Made by a program: the position numbers and the translations under genes. A stretch of 64,000 nt of DNA, from assembly GCF_964204645.1 (NCBI RefSeq), contig NC_134031.1, positions 17,471,807 to 17,535,806 on the forward strand, in the 5' to 3' direction. Below the pieces are notes generated by a model. The model ran no database searches, had not been told where the DNA came from, and worked only from the letters and a program-made list of their open reading frames with translations. Positions 36,581 to 50,897 of this stretch are shown here, piece after piece (position 1 is the first letter of the stretch; every line of letters starts with the position of its first letter). Source of the stretch: Tubulanus polymorphus. Its lineage: Eukaryota > Animalia > Nemertea.

Positions 36581-37314
36581 AGATTGCCAGCTGAACAATG
36601 GTAGAACTTTAATAAGGCCATACAAATAAATTACTTGATTCCAACTACCCTCTTCTAATTTAGCCGCCGCCTGTCTTTTTTTGTCTTAAATTTTAGAATA
36701 ATTTATTGAAATCGAAGAATAAAAACGTTAACATTTATTGATGAAAACCTCTAGCTTTATTTCTCATGCATAGCTTCAATGCATAGCTTCCCCGAAGTGG
36801 TAACATAAATAATTCCTAGTTCAAGGCTAAACAAAAATGATACTTTGTTTCTTCGCAGCGGCCGTGTCATTTTTGTTAGATAGCCTATAATAAAATTTGT
36901 AATCAGTTCCTGCCGGTTCTTTTATAAGGTTATGGTAAAATTTATCACGATTTCAAAAACAGTAGGCCTCCACTAGGCCCGGTCTGTCAATAGAGGGGAG
37001 ACAACACCGATCCTCTGAAATTCGTAATTCGTGAAACGTAACTCGTAATTCATAATTCGTAACTCGCAAGTCGTATGGCCCTTGGGGAATTCCATAATTA
37101 TTAACATGTTCTTAACATTATTTTTAGTTAGTAAACAATCGAGTTGTTACTTTCGACATTTCGTCTATAAAATGCAAGGTTTTCATTTTCCATCGGGATC
37201 CCAAGTCCTCTCACGGGACATGCTGCGCTGCTGCAGTTTAACCTGTTTCACTTTTTCAGCATGAGTATTTTCATATAGGTATTAATTATATTTACTGGCA
37301 CTCGAGGAGGAAAG

Positions 37315-40300
37315 ATGAGAATCAACCTGCCAAATTCAACAACTGCCATTCGGCATATAACGCAAGGCACTTTATCTGAAATACGCAGCCAACAAGACGA
37401 CGAAAATGATATACAAGGAAAAATAAGTCGAGGTATTCGCCATCAATCAATTTACCCGTCCCATTCCACTTGCGGTTCGGTAAAAATCGACCAGTTCAAA
37501 AAGGGAATACTAGTCTAGTACCTAGCCGTCGTTCCACAACGGCACAAACAACGTCTAGGACGAAAGTGCTCATATATGGTTAGTTTTCGTCCCTCATTTT
37601 GAGGGACGAAGCTTTGAGCGTCTATTTCACCCCTTCATTCAAACACCATCAACTTACCTCAAACTGACTGTTCTGTAATCAGATGGAAGTTAACTATTGT
37701 TTGTGCATAAATTTATAATCCTAAGTAGCTTTTGACGATCGAAGTAACTCAAAACTTTTGCCTATTCGCCTCAAAAAACAGTTGAAGTGAAGCAATGTAA
37801 CAAATAGCGGTCATCCTTATTACCGAGATGACGTATTTTACCGAGATGAAATTAAATATAACATATTTATTTATTCCTTATCGATTTTAACAATTGATAT
37901 ATAATATTATATTGGTAATAAATGCCTGCTGGAGTCATATTTTACATATTTTGTCGGATATTTTTGTAGAAAAATAACTTTTAACTTTACCGATATGAGA
38001 TCGTCGATCAATCAAATTCAATATTTTCACTAGTGCATATTGAATTTTCACATTTTATTGATTTAGTCCGTATTGGAAATCCCGATTGTGGCAATCAGTT
38101 TAATTCAAATCAAATCAATAAATTCTCCGGTCCGCGTTCATTCATCAAAAATATTATTATCAAACAAGTTTTTTTTAAGTCAACAAGGTAACTAATCTAT
38201 TTATTTAAGTACAAAGGTTTGATTTGACACTAAAATCAGTTGTTGCATTGCAATTAACAGGAGTTAACCTCTATATGATATTTTAGCGTCAGACGTTGTT
38301 GGGGTATTCAGACTAAGGGAATACTGGCTCTGTGTCTGTAATCGTGAAAACGTCTTTTTTCATTTTTGTAGATGGAAAATTCTCGTGGTTTCATTGCGGC
38401 TCAAATCTTGAAGTCGTGGATACGTTTACCGGCGAACGGCTGGCTGCGTGGAGTTTCGGCGCGTGTCTCCACGACAAGAAAGCCACGATTACAGTGGTTA
38501 CCGAATATCGGTGTCCTGGTTCTCGGAAACTACTCGTCGGGGTCATGTACACGAATCAAACCAGTATGCTGTGCGTATTCAACATAAACAGATCAAAAGT
38601 AACGAAGGCAGTTGTCATGCCACAAATGGTTAGTGTCTGGCTATAAGACTGATCCTAATTGCAGCAGCCATTTCAACAGCAACAGGCCCTTCACTTACTT
38701 TACCAAATCACCAAATGTCCTTTAGGCCTACATATTTGAGGGTCCAAAGAGCGCCCCTATCTAAAATCTTCCTATCCATGCGCCCAAGACAAGCACACGG
38801 TATATGAATCAAAACGGTGAATATGGGGCCAAGAATAAACAATCAGACCTTTTGGGTTCGAACTGTTTTCAATGGTTTCCTGGCTCACTCGCTATCTGGT
38901 TGTTTCCCAGGGCACATCCGTGTTTCCAAACGTGCCGAGAAAGGGTTAAAATATAGTGAATAATCTCTGTCCTAGAAATGTTAATAAAAAGAACTCTTAA
39001 AAGATGACTTTCTTAAAAGATGACTCGATGATTTCAAAAAAGAAGTTAATTGTAAAAAGTAAATTTATCATCATCAATTGCGATGATTGCGTCATAGAAT
39101 TTCCATCTCAACGATGATACCGGTACCTCGTAATTTGACACTCCATAAATTCTTTTTTTTGTGATGATTCTCTTCTAATTTCTTATTTCAGGTAACGACG
39201 ATCGAGCACATCAGCGTCGGCGACAACGATATTCCAGACATCGAGTCTGTTCTCAGTGAACAACTGCGAATGTATTCCGGTTTAGTCGCTGTTGGTTTGA
39301 AGACCGGCCTCGTATTTCTAATCGGTATGTTTCACCGTGTAAAAAGCCTTGAACAATTAAATTTGGTTGAATGTGTACTGCCAACACTGCTGTTGGCAAT
39401 CAAGGGTTCCACTTGTGGCAAGTAAGGATCTGCTTGGTTTGCAAGCAGTTACTTGGTCCTTTGCATTTAATTCCTTTTACATCTCAGTTAAATCGAATTA
39501 ACTTTAGATAAATCAATTGTTGATAATGAAAACTATACCAATTACTGAGTGGACTTATGAATTCAGTGTATATTTGGGTGATCCTGTGATCATCGTTGGA
39601 TTTGGGAGCATTTCAAAGTTGATTGATGATGAACTGATTTTGACAACTCGAGTGCTCATCACGCTGTCAGCTCCCCCATTTCCTAACAATCCTACCAGTA
39701 CGCGTAAGCTGATTGACGTAACGAACAGAAGATCTAAGAACGTGCAGATTTCGTTTCTGGTTTTCAGATTTGAACGGAGATAGCTCTTTTACTTCCGATG
39801 AAGTGAGGCCGAGTCAACTTAGTATGATATCGCCCCGTGATACTGACACACATATCAAACGACACGCTGCGCTACAAAAAGGGGATCATTTATGTTTGCC
39901 GCTAGATTGTAAGTATGACAGCGAAGGAAAATCTGAATATTGATTCTAAAGGTAGATTGAATGGTCATCGAGTTCATGCTATGCATGCCTATCTATTTTG
40001 ATAGCCGAGTGTCATAGGAGAGGTTCGTTTCTATATCGGGCCACAGATGGTACGATATTGAAAAAATTTAACACGGGTAAGCAATGATTTTCAACCCAAT
40101 ACATTTTCACAATCATTTCACGTGTGCGTATTATTTTTTAAAATGTTTGTATTTTCGGTTCGTTTTGCGTAGATTATGTTTTCGTCAGTCAGCTACACTA
40201 CGCCAGACAGATCGGCTGCCTTTTGGTCGGGTTCAATTTCGGCTGTTTTCAAATGTGGCGTCTGAACAGTCCGGTTTTAGAGTACGTATGTTCCTCAGTC

Positions 40301-43300
40301 GCGTTGATTAGAATTTCTCTATCACCTGCAATGCGTTTAATACGCTACGTTTTCTATTTGATTGATCAGGTACAGTAGTCAGATTGAAGATGACCTAGCT
40401 CCGGTGATCGATTTTGTTTACCAAGAACCTGAAAACGACCCGAAGAATTTCGTTTATATCTGGGTTTGTCGCGGACCCAACTGTTTTGACCAAAGGTATG
40501 TGAATAATTTTTAGATTCCACGAAATTTTGATTATGCTTCGGTTTATTTTGATTATCGATCTTTGTTTTCAGGGATGGAGATTGTTCTTCTTTGTCGATG
40601 TACCAGTTCGGGTATAACAAGAAAAATCATATATCAAACTATGGATATTTGTACGAGGTATGTTCATCCCATATCATTAAGAGAAACCCTTAAAAATGGG
40701 TATGATAATTCCATTCGAAATGTAGGGGTTAAAATGATAACATCCGTTTGAATTGATATTGTGGTTTTCTATTAATGATATTCATCAAGACTGGAAATAT
40801 TCTCAACTATTTACAATGTTCATCCAGACTAGGCTTAATCGAAGTCATCAAAGTTTTGTTCTTAGTTCTGACTGGCTTGTTACGGTATAAATCATTAGAA
40901 AATGATAAAATGTCCCTGTTTTGTAGGATTTGTCGACAGTCGTACATAGGTTTGAGCACGCATTGACGATGGACCCGTACAACATGTCGGAAATACCGAT
41001 GAATTGTAGTAAACTCGTGAGCAGCAAACTGATCTGCGTCGACGCGATGAACTTCCAACAGGATTCTGAAGATTCATTCGATGGTAAGATTCTATTTTAT
41101 TCAGAAAATTTAGCTCGCGCTTGGAAAGAAACGAGAATATTGCGTTAAATTTTCGTCACAGTTTTCATTTTGCCTATCAAATTCCTGAAAATGCAGCTAC
41201 TACAGATGAAATATCTACTCAATCATGGAATTGGACGCTCATTTTGGATTGAAATGTTTGTTTTCTTGATCTTGGAATAGAGATTGTCTATCTATTTTTT
41301 TGATTGGTAGATTTGTTTTGATTTGGTATCCCTGACAAACCCACCACACCTGCCGGCAATGAATTGGAAGGTTTGATTTTGAAATCGGATTGACTTGTTT
41401 GTTTTTCAGGTAGTTCAAATGATCTTAGCCTGTGTATGTTTACATGGGAAGCCTATCCTGAAGATACGCATTCTCGGTCAGTTACGATACTAGCGATGTT
41501 CGACCTGAATCGATGGTATCACGCTCAAATGCCAGGATCCATTCGGTAAATTCAACGCACTAGTTAACTATGCATCAGAAAAGAAAAATTAATGTCTGAA
41601 AACTGATGATTTAGAGCGCTGTATAATGTACTTTTAGGCCGGCAAATCGTGAATGTTCATTTTTTGCATTTTACTCGTTGAAGGAATCACTTCTCGCGGC
41701 TAGTCATTGTAATTTAATTGTAAGCATTAAAATCTCTGCATTGAGGATTCTCGCTTTAAAGATTCTCACTCATATCTCAAAAACTTACATTAAATGTACG
41801 ATTCGTTTTGCAGGCTTGTGATGTTAATTCGGCCGGAGTCGTACGATTTAGTTCAACAGCAATGCCTTCGCCAGAACAGCATTTCTACCCGTCAGCTCTT
41901 TCATTTGGTGAGTACGGTTTAAAATAAAAACTTGTAAAAGCATACGGATAGTTCTGGGATGTCAATTGCTTGTCTAAAGGCAACTTTTAGCGGTATTTCT
42001 TGAATTACCTTTATCAACCAGTCACCATCAAAATGTTGACGTCCGTTGTATGATGGAGGTTCACTTTTACAAATGGTCGTATTTTCATCTTGAAAAACTT
42101 GAAAATCACCCATAAAATACCCGGGAAGACTTCGGAATTTCAAATTAGTGCTTGGAACAATGAACTCAGGGCTGATAGTGATAAAGTACTTGTTTCTACT
42201 TCCTATTATGTAGGATGAATTCTATCGTTCTCATTTTCTGTATCTTCTCAATGTTTGTAGATGTGATGTGTATGTTGGAAAACGGAATTGTAAGTGCGGA
42301 ATTTCTCGGCGTTCAGCGACAGTGTCTCGTTGATTTGATGCGTTTCGGCCCGATGGGAATCGTAGAACCGACTGATTTATATAATCGCTGTTATTTATGC
42401 GGCCTGCTGCCAAAAGGCAACAATGCCCCAGCGCCGAGCACCGCTTTGGTAAGCAATACTTATCCATCCATATTAAGTTAGGTATTTATCTATGTATTTC
42501 AGAAATGAATAACGAAAATTTGTACCAATCCTGAGATATATTGTGATATAAATCTGAAACAAAAAATGCAAACGGATAATTCTGATTAATTTTTTTACAG
42601 AATTTACAGCGTGAAGCTTTGCTGAGTATTGCCCTAGAATACGCAGTTGTTGGTATAATGTCTGCCTGTATAACCCAGTGGGCAGAAGGAGGTAGGTATC
42701 TAACTAGCTATAAAAAATCTCGTATACACAAGCCATTATGGTAAATCATTATCTTCGTTGAATAATCTAAATTAATCTCATTAATGTTGCTGGTATTGCA
42801 GAATTCACTCAGAAAGGTTGCAACAGACGCTTTCTGCTACAGTGGATGTGGAAACGAACCGTTCAGCTGAAGGAGTGCATCGATAAAATCTGTAAGCTTC
42901 AGCCCAACAATCCGCTTTTGCCAATTTTGAATTAACAAATCTATAACCTTTACAGGGTCACCTCCTTGATTCCTTAAACACTCCTTCCAAATGGAAAATA
43001 CTTTTAAAGATGCATCAAACTCCTTTAATTTGAGCAAAATGCTCGAAACTCCTTTAAAACTCCTTCAATTTTGAGAAAAAAAGGCAATTCAAAATTTGTC
43101 TAGTTTGTAGTTGCCTTAATCGGTACAGTTGGGACATGGATATTTTTTAACCCAATTAGGCGGTTACGGAATAAGAAGGCGTGTTAGGTATTGTGTAGAA
43201 TAAAAGTTTGGTTTTCAGCTCGCCTAAATTTAATCAACTTGTCGATCGACATCATTTTCAGGTATTCCGATGTTTAACTTCAGTAACTGTCCCGTCGATA

Positions 43301-46300
43301 GACAAACTCTACAGCTGCTTAATAACCAGTGCAACCAGTTGAATCATATCGTTTCATTATTCCAACTGCTGCAAACCGAAGAAGCTGGACCTATCACTGA
43401 ACAAGGTAATTTATGTATTCGCTAAAAGAAGACTTGTGCGATCCTAAATTGGCGATTATTTTTACGCGAAAATCAAAATTCTTGTATTGATTATTTAGGT
43501 TTGCGAGATTTAGTCAGTAAGAGCAGTGTGGTAACGTTACTGTTACAATTTACGCAGATGGTTCAGTGGTTTTTAGCCGCTCGGTTGCTGCCTGAAAACG
43601 AAGGTAAATTTCAAAATCATCAATATGTCTAGTTAAAACCCTTTCAGTGCTAACTTGTCAACTATCATCCGATTTCAAAAGAAGGCGATCCTATCATCTG
43701 GAGTCCGTTTATTACCGATAGATACGATGCATTTCAGAGAACTCGTATCCACCGGACGACCAGTACGCGTACCCAGTAACGTCGATACTCGCGGCATTTT
43801 CTGACCGACGCCAGGAATTGAGAAATATCCACTCGGATAGCGTGTTCCATGATTTATTGATGATCGATGGTATGGTCAATCAATTCGGCGATGAATTACG
43901 TCAAGTTTGGTTAAAAGAGGGCGGTACCGGAGTATACCCTCCAGCTAGTATACATGTAAGATTTAAATGAAAATATTCTCGGTTTAATGCCCCGAAATTC
44001 TAAATCTGAAATGTCCGTCATCATAATTCTAGGCGTTGCTGTCGATCTATTTATTGAACGGAGTTCCGTTGATGTTGAAACACAGTATAGTCGCGTATTT
44101 CATCCTCGACCTCATCTCTCTGCAAGCAGACGGTCGTCATGACAATATTACCGATTGTTGGTCGGGATTTTGTCAGAGGTTCTCACTGCCGCTCGGACTT
44201 ACTCGACTTATACATGGCATGTGGCAACTCGATCATAAAGACAGTGAGGTAAAAATCTCTACTGAGATTGTAGTTTTTGGGTCGTTCTTTATTCAAATAT
44301 GGTCAAACTTCTTTAAGTCATTGTAAAGAACAGTTGTAGTTGGGACCATTGATATGTTGATGACTTATTCGAGTTAAGTCTTATGCTAGTCGCAATGTTT
44401 TGCTTACTGCGATGAGATGTGTCTCTCCCAGTGGCAAGCAACATACTTTGCTCTGACAGGACTAGTCGCACACTTTTGCTGGTAATCGCATTGCAGTTGA
44501 TCTAAGCGCCCATTTACGACCAGTTTCAACCGATTGCGTCATACAAACAGTCGCAAATCAACCTACGCCTGCTTTAGTAAATTAAAACTTAAAATACGAA
44601 CTGGGACTCCGCAAGAGAGCCAGCATAAGTGATGTGATGACTGATGTGTACATTTCAGGAAGCGTTGAAAACGTTATTGGATCCGATGGTTGAGAAAGTG
44701 CTTCAACCCTGGCATCATAGACGTATATTGAAATCGTTCCTGTATCAAGGTCACGCTCGTTATGCACTGAGATATTTACACACGAGACGTCCGACAATCG
44801 TCTCGGCCGATGACGTCAAATTGAAACTCGATATTCTTCTAGCTAATGGGTTTGTAGATTATTTACGACATACATAGATAGGTTGCATGATATCTTCTAC
44901 AGTAGACTTGTTTAAAATTTTACTTATCCCAATCATCACTCTGACTACCCTGGAGGAAATCTATTGGTCCTATCTCGAATCAACAGCAGGATCTACTCTA
45001 TCAATAACTTCATCTATAAACAATTAATGCGGTTGGCATATCATTTAGTTTCGAGAATAATTCTGTAATGGCTCAATCTGGGGTCTCTGCTAGTCAGTAA
45101 TCTGTCTGTGGTTTAGTTTCACAATCGGATATTTTCAAAAACCACATTTTGGTATAAGCCCGTCCGATTAAAGAAGCTTACCACCAATGATTAGGTTAAT
45201 AACTAGGGCCTGTACTATATGCGTGTATCCTTCATTTACTGTGTTCTTTTCTAAACCTGTTTTTCGTTGCTACTTGATAACAGTTGTACGTCTGAGGCTT
45301 TCCATTACCAACGCTCTTGTCGCGATCAAATTAACTCTACAGACCTTCTTCGACATTTCTATCGAGGATGCCTTGAAAGTGAGTCGAGATTTTCATGAAT
45401 TTCGTACAGTTACGATGCTCATCTTCCCCGATTAACCACTGACTAATGACTTCATTATATCGTAAATAATTCTAGCTCAATCGATGGACAAGTTACTACA
45501 GCTGTCAATGAATAGTCAAGAAGAGGAAGCCCTCGTTTCTTACTTGAAAAACTGCGAGATAGATGGCGCCTACGCGGAGGAGTTGTTGACCATGCACTAT
45601 CTACAACGAGGCCGCTTTATCGAAGCCGTTCAACTGAACGAAAATTCAAAGCACAAAGCGCCGGTGGATGCCGACATGAGCCGGCGTACGGCTGCCCGCA
45701 ACGCCATCGTTAAAGGATACATGTCCGTTTTGCCGAACGTGCAGCGAAAATTCATCTATATGTCGAGCGGCGCCGCGTCGCAGCCGACGACGAAGAAAAG
45801 CGTGATCGCGCGACCGAAACCGCTGTCGACCGTCGTGAATAAAGATCACGGCGCTAAAGTGGTATCGCAGGCGAGTCTGATTCTCGCCGTGTTAGACAAA
45901 GTCGAAGAAACGAATCTACAAGAGGATCTACAAAACGATCCGAGGTAAAAATGACGTAAATCCCCGTTTGGAAGCTACCTTTCATCCATTCCCGGTCCTA
46001 CGCCGTGTTGTGTTTCTCTGCTTGTCCTGGGATCTTAGCCTTGAGCTTCGGCAGCGAATAAAGATTTACTCATAGATTTTATACGATGTATTATTTGAGA
46101 TACGACCTACAACAATGGCGTCATTCTCCCATCTTCAAATCATATGATGTATATTGATTCATACTTAACAATATATTTTGGAATATTGGGAAATCAGAAA
46201 CATCTAGAAAATAAATCAGGGAAAACTCGACAAATTCTGTCAAAAGTCAGAAAATTTCGAAATGCTTGACCACACGTTTCTTTATCAATACTTGACTCAT

Positions 46301-49300
46301 TGAAAATGAATTAATTGTAACATTTAAAACCAAGAAATTCCTTGGATTTACTCAGGGAAAACTCAGAGAATTAGTAAATTGGTGGAAAGTGACCTCCCTG
46401 GTCTAATTGAAACGGTGAAATGGCGCAGTGTATTTTATTTTATATAATCTTATTATTTGCAATGTAAAATATTTGGCTATATTTTGTTGTGGCATTGATG
46501 ATTTCAGAGAAACAAGTCAAGTTGTTTACGCCAGCATCATCGAGGAATTGAGTGATGGCCCGCCTGTCAGTAACACGCCATCGAAACTAGCATTCGGTTT
46601 ATCTCCTGTGAAGTCATTCCAAAAACGTTCCGACTCGGCAAAAAAGTAAGGACTTCTTAGGCATTAATGATGGTAGTTTGAGTAAGTAACATCTACATTA
46701 ATATTGTGCGTTCGATTTTAGAAAAACTCCGTATTACAACGCTGAAGCGATGGCTTTGTTGAAAACGCCACCGATCAGACATAAACCGGCTAGCAAAACT
46801 CCGATGTCGGCAAAACCGGCGCGCGCGTCGACACCTCAGTCAATCCTGAAAGTTCGTCAGATTAATGACGCCGTGACTTCATCTGCGACCAAGAAAGATT
46901 ACTCGGTTAAAGGCAGACGCATCCTAGGTATGTAGTGAATACTTTGAAAAATCTTTAGGGCCATTCATAAAGCGGGAATGCGAAACTTTCTGGTTTTCAG
47001 TAGTTGGGTTCGTAAACATGACTAAGGCAATCAATAGTACTTAACATACCGTAGCTGCTTTGAAATGTTTGAAATGCTCTTAAAAGTTTCTAAAAGTTTA
47101 TCATCCCTACTGCAGATCTAATCTCGAGTGAGAAAGAAACAGTTTCGTCTCCACTGGCGAAGTCGCCCGCCGTTTCTAGACTGCAAAAACAGACGACGAC
47201 TCCGCAGCAGACGTCATCGCCCGACCGTAAACAGTTACGATTCTCGATGCCCGGCGATACGACGACGGACAAACCTACCGATACGTCGTCGCGCGTCGAT
47301 GCCAGCAGCTCGTTGTTGCGTGCTGCGCAGCTGAAATCGATGTCGTCAAAAAAAGTTTCCATCTTAACTGAGCAGTCTCCCGATGCATCCATGGATACGA
47401 GTGAACAAGAGATTACTTTCAAATCGTCAAAAGGTAGAAATTGTTGTTATGTTTGCCTTCTTATTCATATTTACCCTTTACAGTCAATACAGTCACTCCT
47501 TCCATATAGAAAACTATCACTTTTGGCTTCAATGGTATGGCATTTTCTATTTAACTCACCGCGGCTTGACGGGTAGTATGGTGCTACCTTCTAAATACAA
47601 ACTAAAACCAATCGTGAAATGAGTGAAAAAATACAGTGATGAAGTTAATTACAATGGATGATAGACTGATTTTATGATTTTTTTTAAAGTTACTGGTGAA
47701 TAGTACGAGCTGTTTCTAATTTTCGATGTTGTGTTTTGATAGTTGCCGCCGCTGGTGGAGACAACGCGCACATCGGAAGACATTCACCCGTCGAGCCGAC
47801 CGAACAACCTTCAGCCTCGCAATCATTCCTCGGTCGATTGTTCTCATTCGGGACTCCCGAGCAGAAGTCATCTCCCGCAACTCGACTGTTCACCGGTGAA
47901 ACGTCGGAATCGACGCGACGAGTCGCCCATTCAATCGACGACGAATCGCAAGACGACGACGATGATCAGGAAGACGACGAAGAGGAAGAAGAGAAAGCCG
48001 ATGACGCCGACGACGAGGAAACAGTCGAAGATGAAGCGACGATGGAAGAGGGAGAAGATGAGGAGGATGTTATATCATCAGGAGATTCGGTCATTACCGA
48101 GGAGGATGCGGCACTACTAACGCCACCTGTCGTTCCTGAAGAGAAAACGGTGAATAAATAATCAGTTTACTGATTTAGATTTAGTTTTACAATTCGAGAT
48201 GACATTTTTGAAAAGTTTGAGAATGTTTGGTGTTATATATGACTGGTTCATGTTTGTGTATTTCTATTGATTTTTAGGTTGAAGAAGTGACGCCCACTGG
48301 GTCATCGGATGAATCGGAGATGTCAGGAGAACCAGGTATGTTTTAATACGTATTCGACCGATTCCTGATAGAAGTATGAAGAAAACTCCACCCTATGTGT
48401 TAGCGTTGGGAATGTAACTGTAAATGTGTCATGTCTGATGCAGGTACCTTAAGCGCCTCTCTTAAATTGTTCTTTATGAAGGTGCTGCTATGAAATGAGT
48501 CCTTGTTTCGTGGTTTTGTATGAAAGTTTCTATAAATTAAGTTTTTCTCTAGTTGTTTTTGAAAAATATTAATTTTGCTCGAAACGACTGATGTAAAAAC
48601 ATCGACGTTTGTTTTGTAGAACGAGACAGAACTCGTCAGAAGTCGCCGTTGTCGTCCGGATCGTTCATGATGCAAATGCGATCGGGAAAAGGAGGCCGCG
48701 ACCAAAGTCCAGATGAGGTTAAGCCTTCTCAGGAATCTCCAGAAAAAACAGGTAGGTTAGAGCGAATTGTTGCTCTGAGAATCGTTGATATTTCGTCTAT
48801 CATCCGAAATTATTAAATCGTGATTTGTGTTCGTTAACATTAGGAATGCAGCACAGTTTTACATTCGCGACGCCGGTTCCTGTGGAAACAGATGCAGGTG
48901 AGAGATAAACAACGGTCTTAGTGGACCTGGAAAACTGGGAAAATTCAGGGAATGGGAAAAATGTAGAAAACAGAGAAACTGTTGAAATCTGCCAAAATTT
49001 TGGAAACTGGGAATTTAGATATGCTATTGACCACGTATGTCTTTATGAATATGTGATTCATGAATAATGGTTATAGATTGTGACATTTTAAACAAAGAGA
49101 TTTCTCAATTTAAAATTCCATGGAATTCAGGAAATTTTGTGTTATAACATGGAAAACTCAAAGGGAATTTGTAAATGGGTGGAAGGTGGCGGCACCCTGT
49201 AGCATATGAAACTCCTGTTTTGCCCATCATGTAGTCGGTGGTTGTTGGAATATTTCTTTTCACTTTTGTAGCTTCTATCGAAAACAGTATATCTACGACG

Positions 49301-50289
49301 CCATCGACTCCGGCGAGACCGTTCGTCTTCTCTCCACCTCTCACTCGATCACGACAACGTCTACGTCGTAGCAACGAAGAACAAATACCGAAACCAGATT
49401 TACGTCTGCCTTCTCCGCCGAGGACTCCCGGCACGAGGTCGTCGCCGCCTCGTCGCAGCAGTCGTGGGGAAAAGGTCGCCAGCCCGATGGTTTTGACATT
49501 CGAGCAGCAAGACGTGCCTGATTCTCCGAGTTCACGGACGCGATCAAACCGGTGAGATACACAAATACAGCATTCGTAGCGAGTCTCCTTAAAAAGTGCT
49601 TACTTTTGAACAGATTTAGTAGGGCCCTTACTTAGCACGGAAAAAAATCTTGAAAAGTTTAAAAATTGCCTACAAAATTCTTGCTTTTGACTTTTGGTAT
49701 CCCAAATTTTTTTTTGACAATTATGTACATTATTATGCCAGTGTTAATGCCTGTATAAACATATTGTTGAAGATAACCTGTCCCACACTTCTGTGCTATA
49801 TAAAAGCTATACCAGTGTTTCACAAGCATGTTATGGATTAGAACGAGGGCCACTCTTAATGATAGGAAAAGTCCTCTCTTTTGTCTCAGTATTATGAACC
49901 CTGAAATTCCGGTCCGGATGGAAATTAATCGGCTGCCTTTTGAAATCAAATTTTCACATTTTCACCACCCACTGAAAACATCGTCTGGAATGGAGTAAGA
50001 ATGAACAATGATTTACTGCTTGCTTATTTTCAGGGGTAAACGAACTCAACGAATCCCATTAACGTCATCGTCGAAAACTGTCGCCGAGTTGCCCGTCGTC
50101 GGTGACGTCCGATCGTTAACCCCAGACGCGGTGGTAACGCAGTCTCCTCATCAGAAAAAACAACAAGACAAAAAAGCAGCCAGCGGATACCGCATGGTTC
50201 TACGTAATCGCAGGTCGTCGCTGTTGACTCCCGGCAGTCAAAGCACAAAATCTCGGCCATCAACTCTGGAACGTACGCGAAATAAATAA
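37315..50289 (+). CDS. AHCTF1: Nucleoporin ELYS / AHCTF1 / MEL-28; about 30 exons
   Basis: Exon 37315-37432 joins 38372-38628: ...GKISRDGKFSWFHCGSNLEVVDTFTGERLAAWSF...LCVFNINRSKVTKAVVMPQMVTTIEH, matching the ELYS beta-propeller start. Later exons give FCLQEPENDPKNFVYIW, FDLNRWYHAQMP, QWFLAARLLPE, LLMIDGMV...GGTGVYPPASIHALLSIYLL, LIHGMWQLDHKD and HYLQRGRFIEAVQLN, then an S/T-P-rich, acidic and basic disordered tail ending at 50289. Confidence 0.93.
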
Positions 50290-50759
50290 CGTAAATTCGA
50301 AATAGAGAATTGTATAATAACGGACTAAGGATTTGTACTTAAAAAGAAAATTCAAGGCACAGTTTCACGGAAAATCAAATTCGAGTTTTAAGATAAGCTG
50401 CTGTTCATTGCTTCATATTTCTGATAGAAATATTTTGTTGCGAGGCTCGGGCCTTGTTTTAAAGATGCCAATGCCGCAATTTATTTACACCGTATGCATT
50501 TAAGAGACGAATAAGAATTGACTCTGTGTGATAACGAGAAAGATGGCGCGTTAGTAGATTACGGCTGAATCTGATTAGTTAATGATGTTATGTTGCATGA
50601 TAATACATGTACATGATGTGTGAAAACATGGTTGATAATGTAATTTCATTGAATATAAATAAATGATGATTTATATTAAACATGTTCCATGATTTCGTTT
50701 TTCATTACGGTGATGGAACTGTCGTATCTTATTTCAAATTCATTTCGAAACGAAACTAC

Positions 50760-50897
50760 AAATTTGATATCACATCGATCATTGAGGATGAGTTACTGTG
50801 GATGCTCTTTAAAACCAAATCGTCTGCTAAATTTGGAATCACATTGACCAATGAGGATGAGTTACTGTGGATGCTCTTTAAAACCAAATCGTCTGCT
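50760..50897. repeat. 69-bp tandem duplication downstream of ELYS
   Basis: AAATTTG..ATCACAT.GA.CA.TGAGGATGAGTTACTGTGGATGCTCTTTAAAACCAAATCGTCTGCT occurs twice in tandem. Confidence 0.9.
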
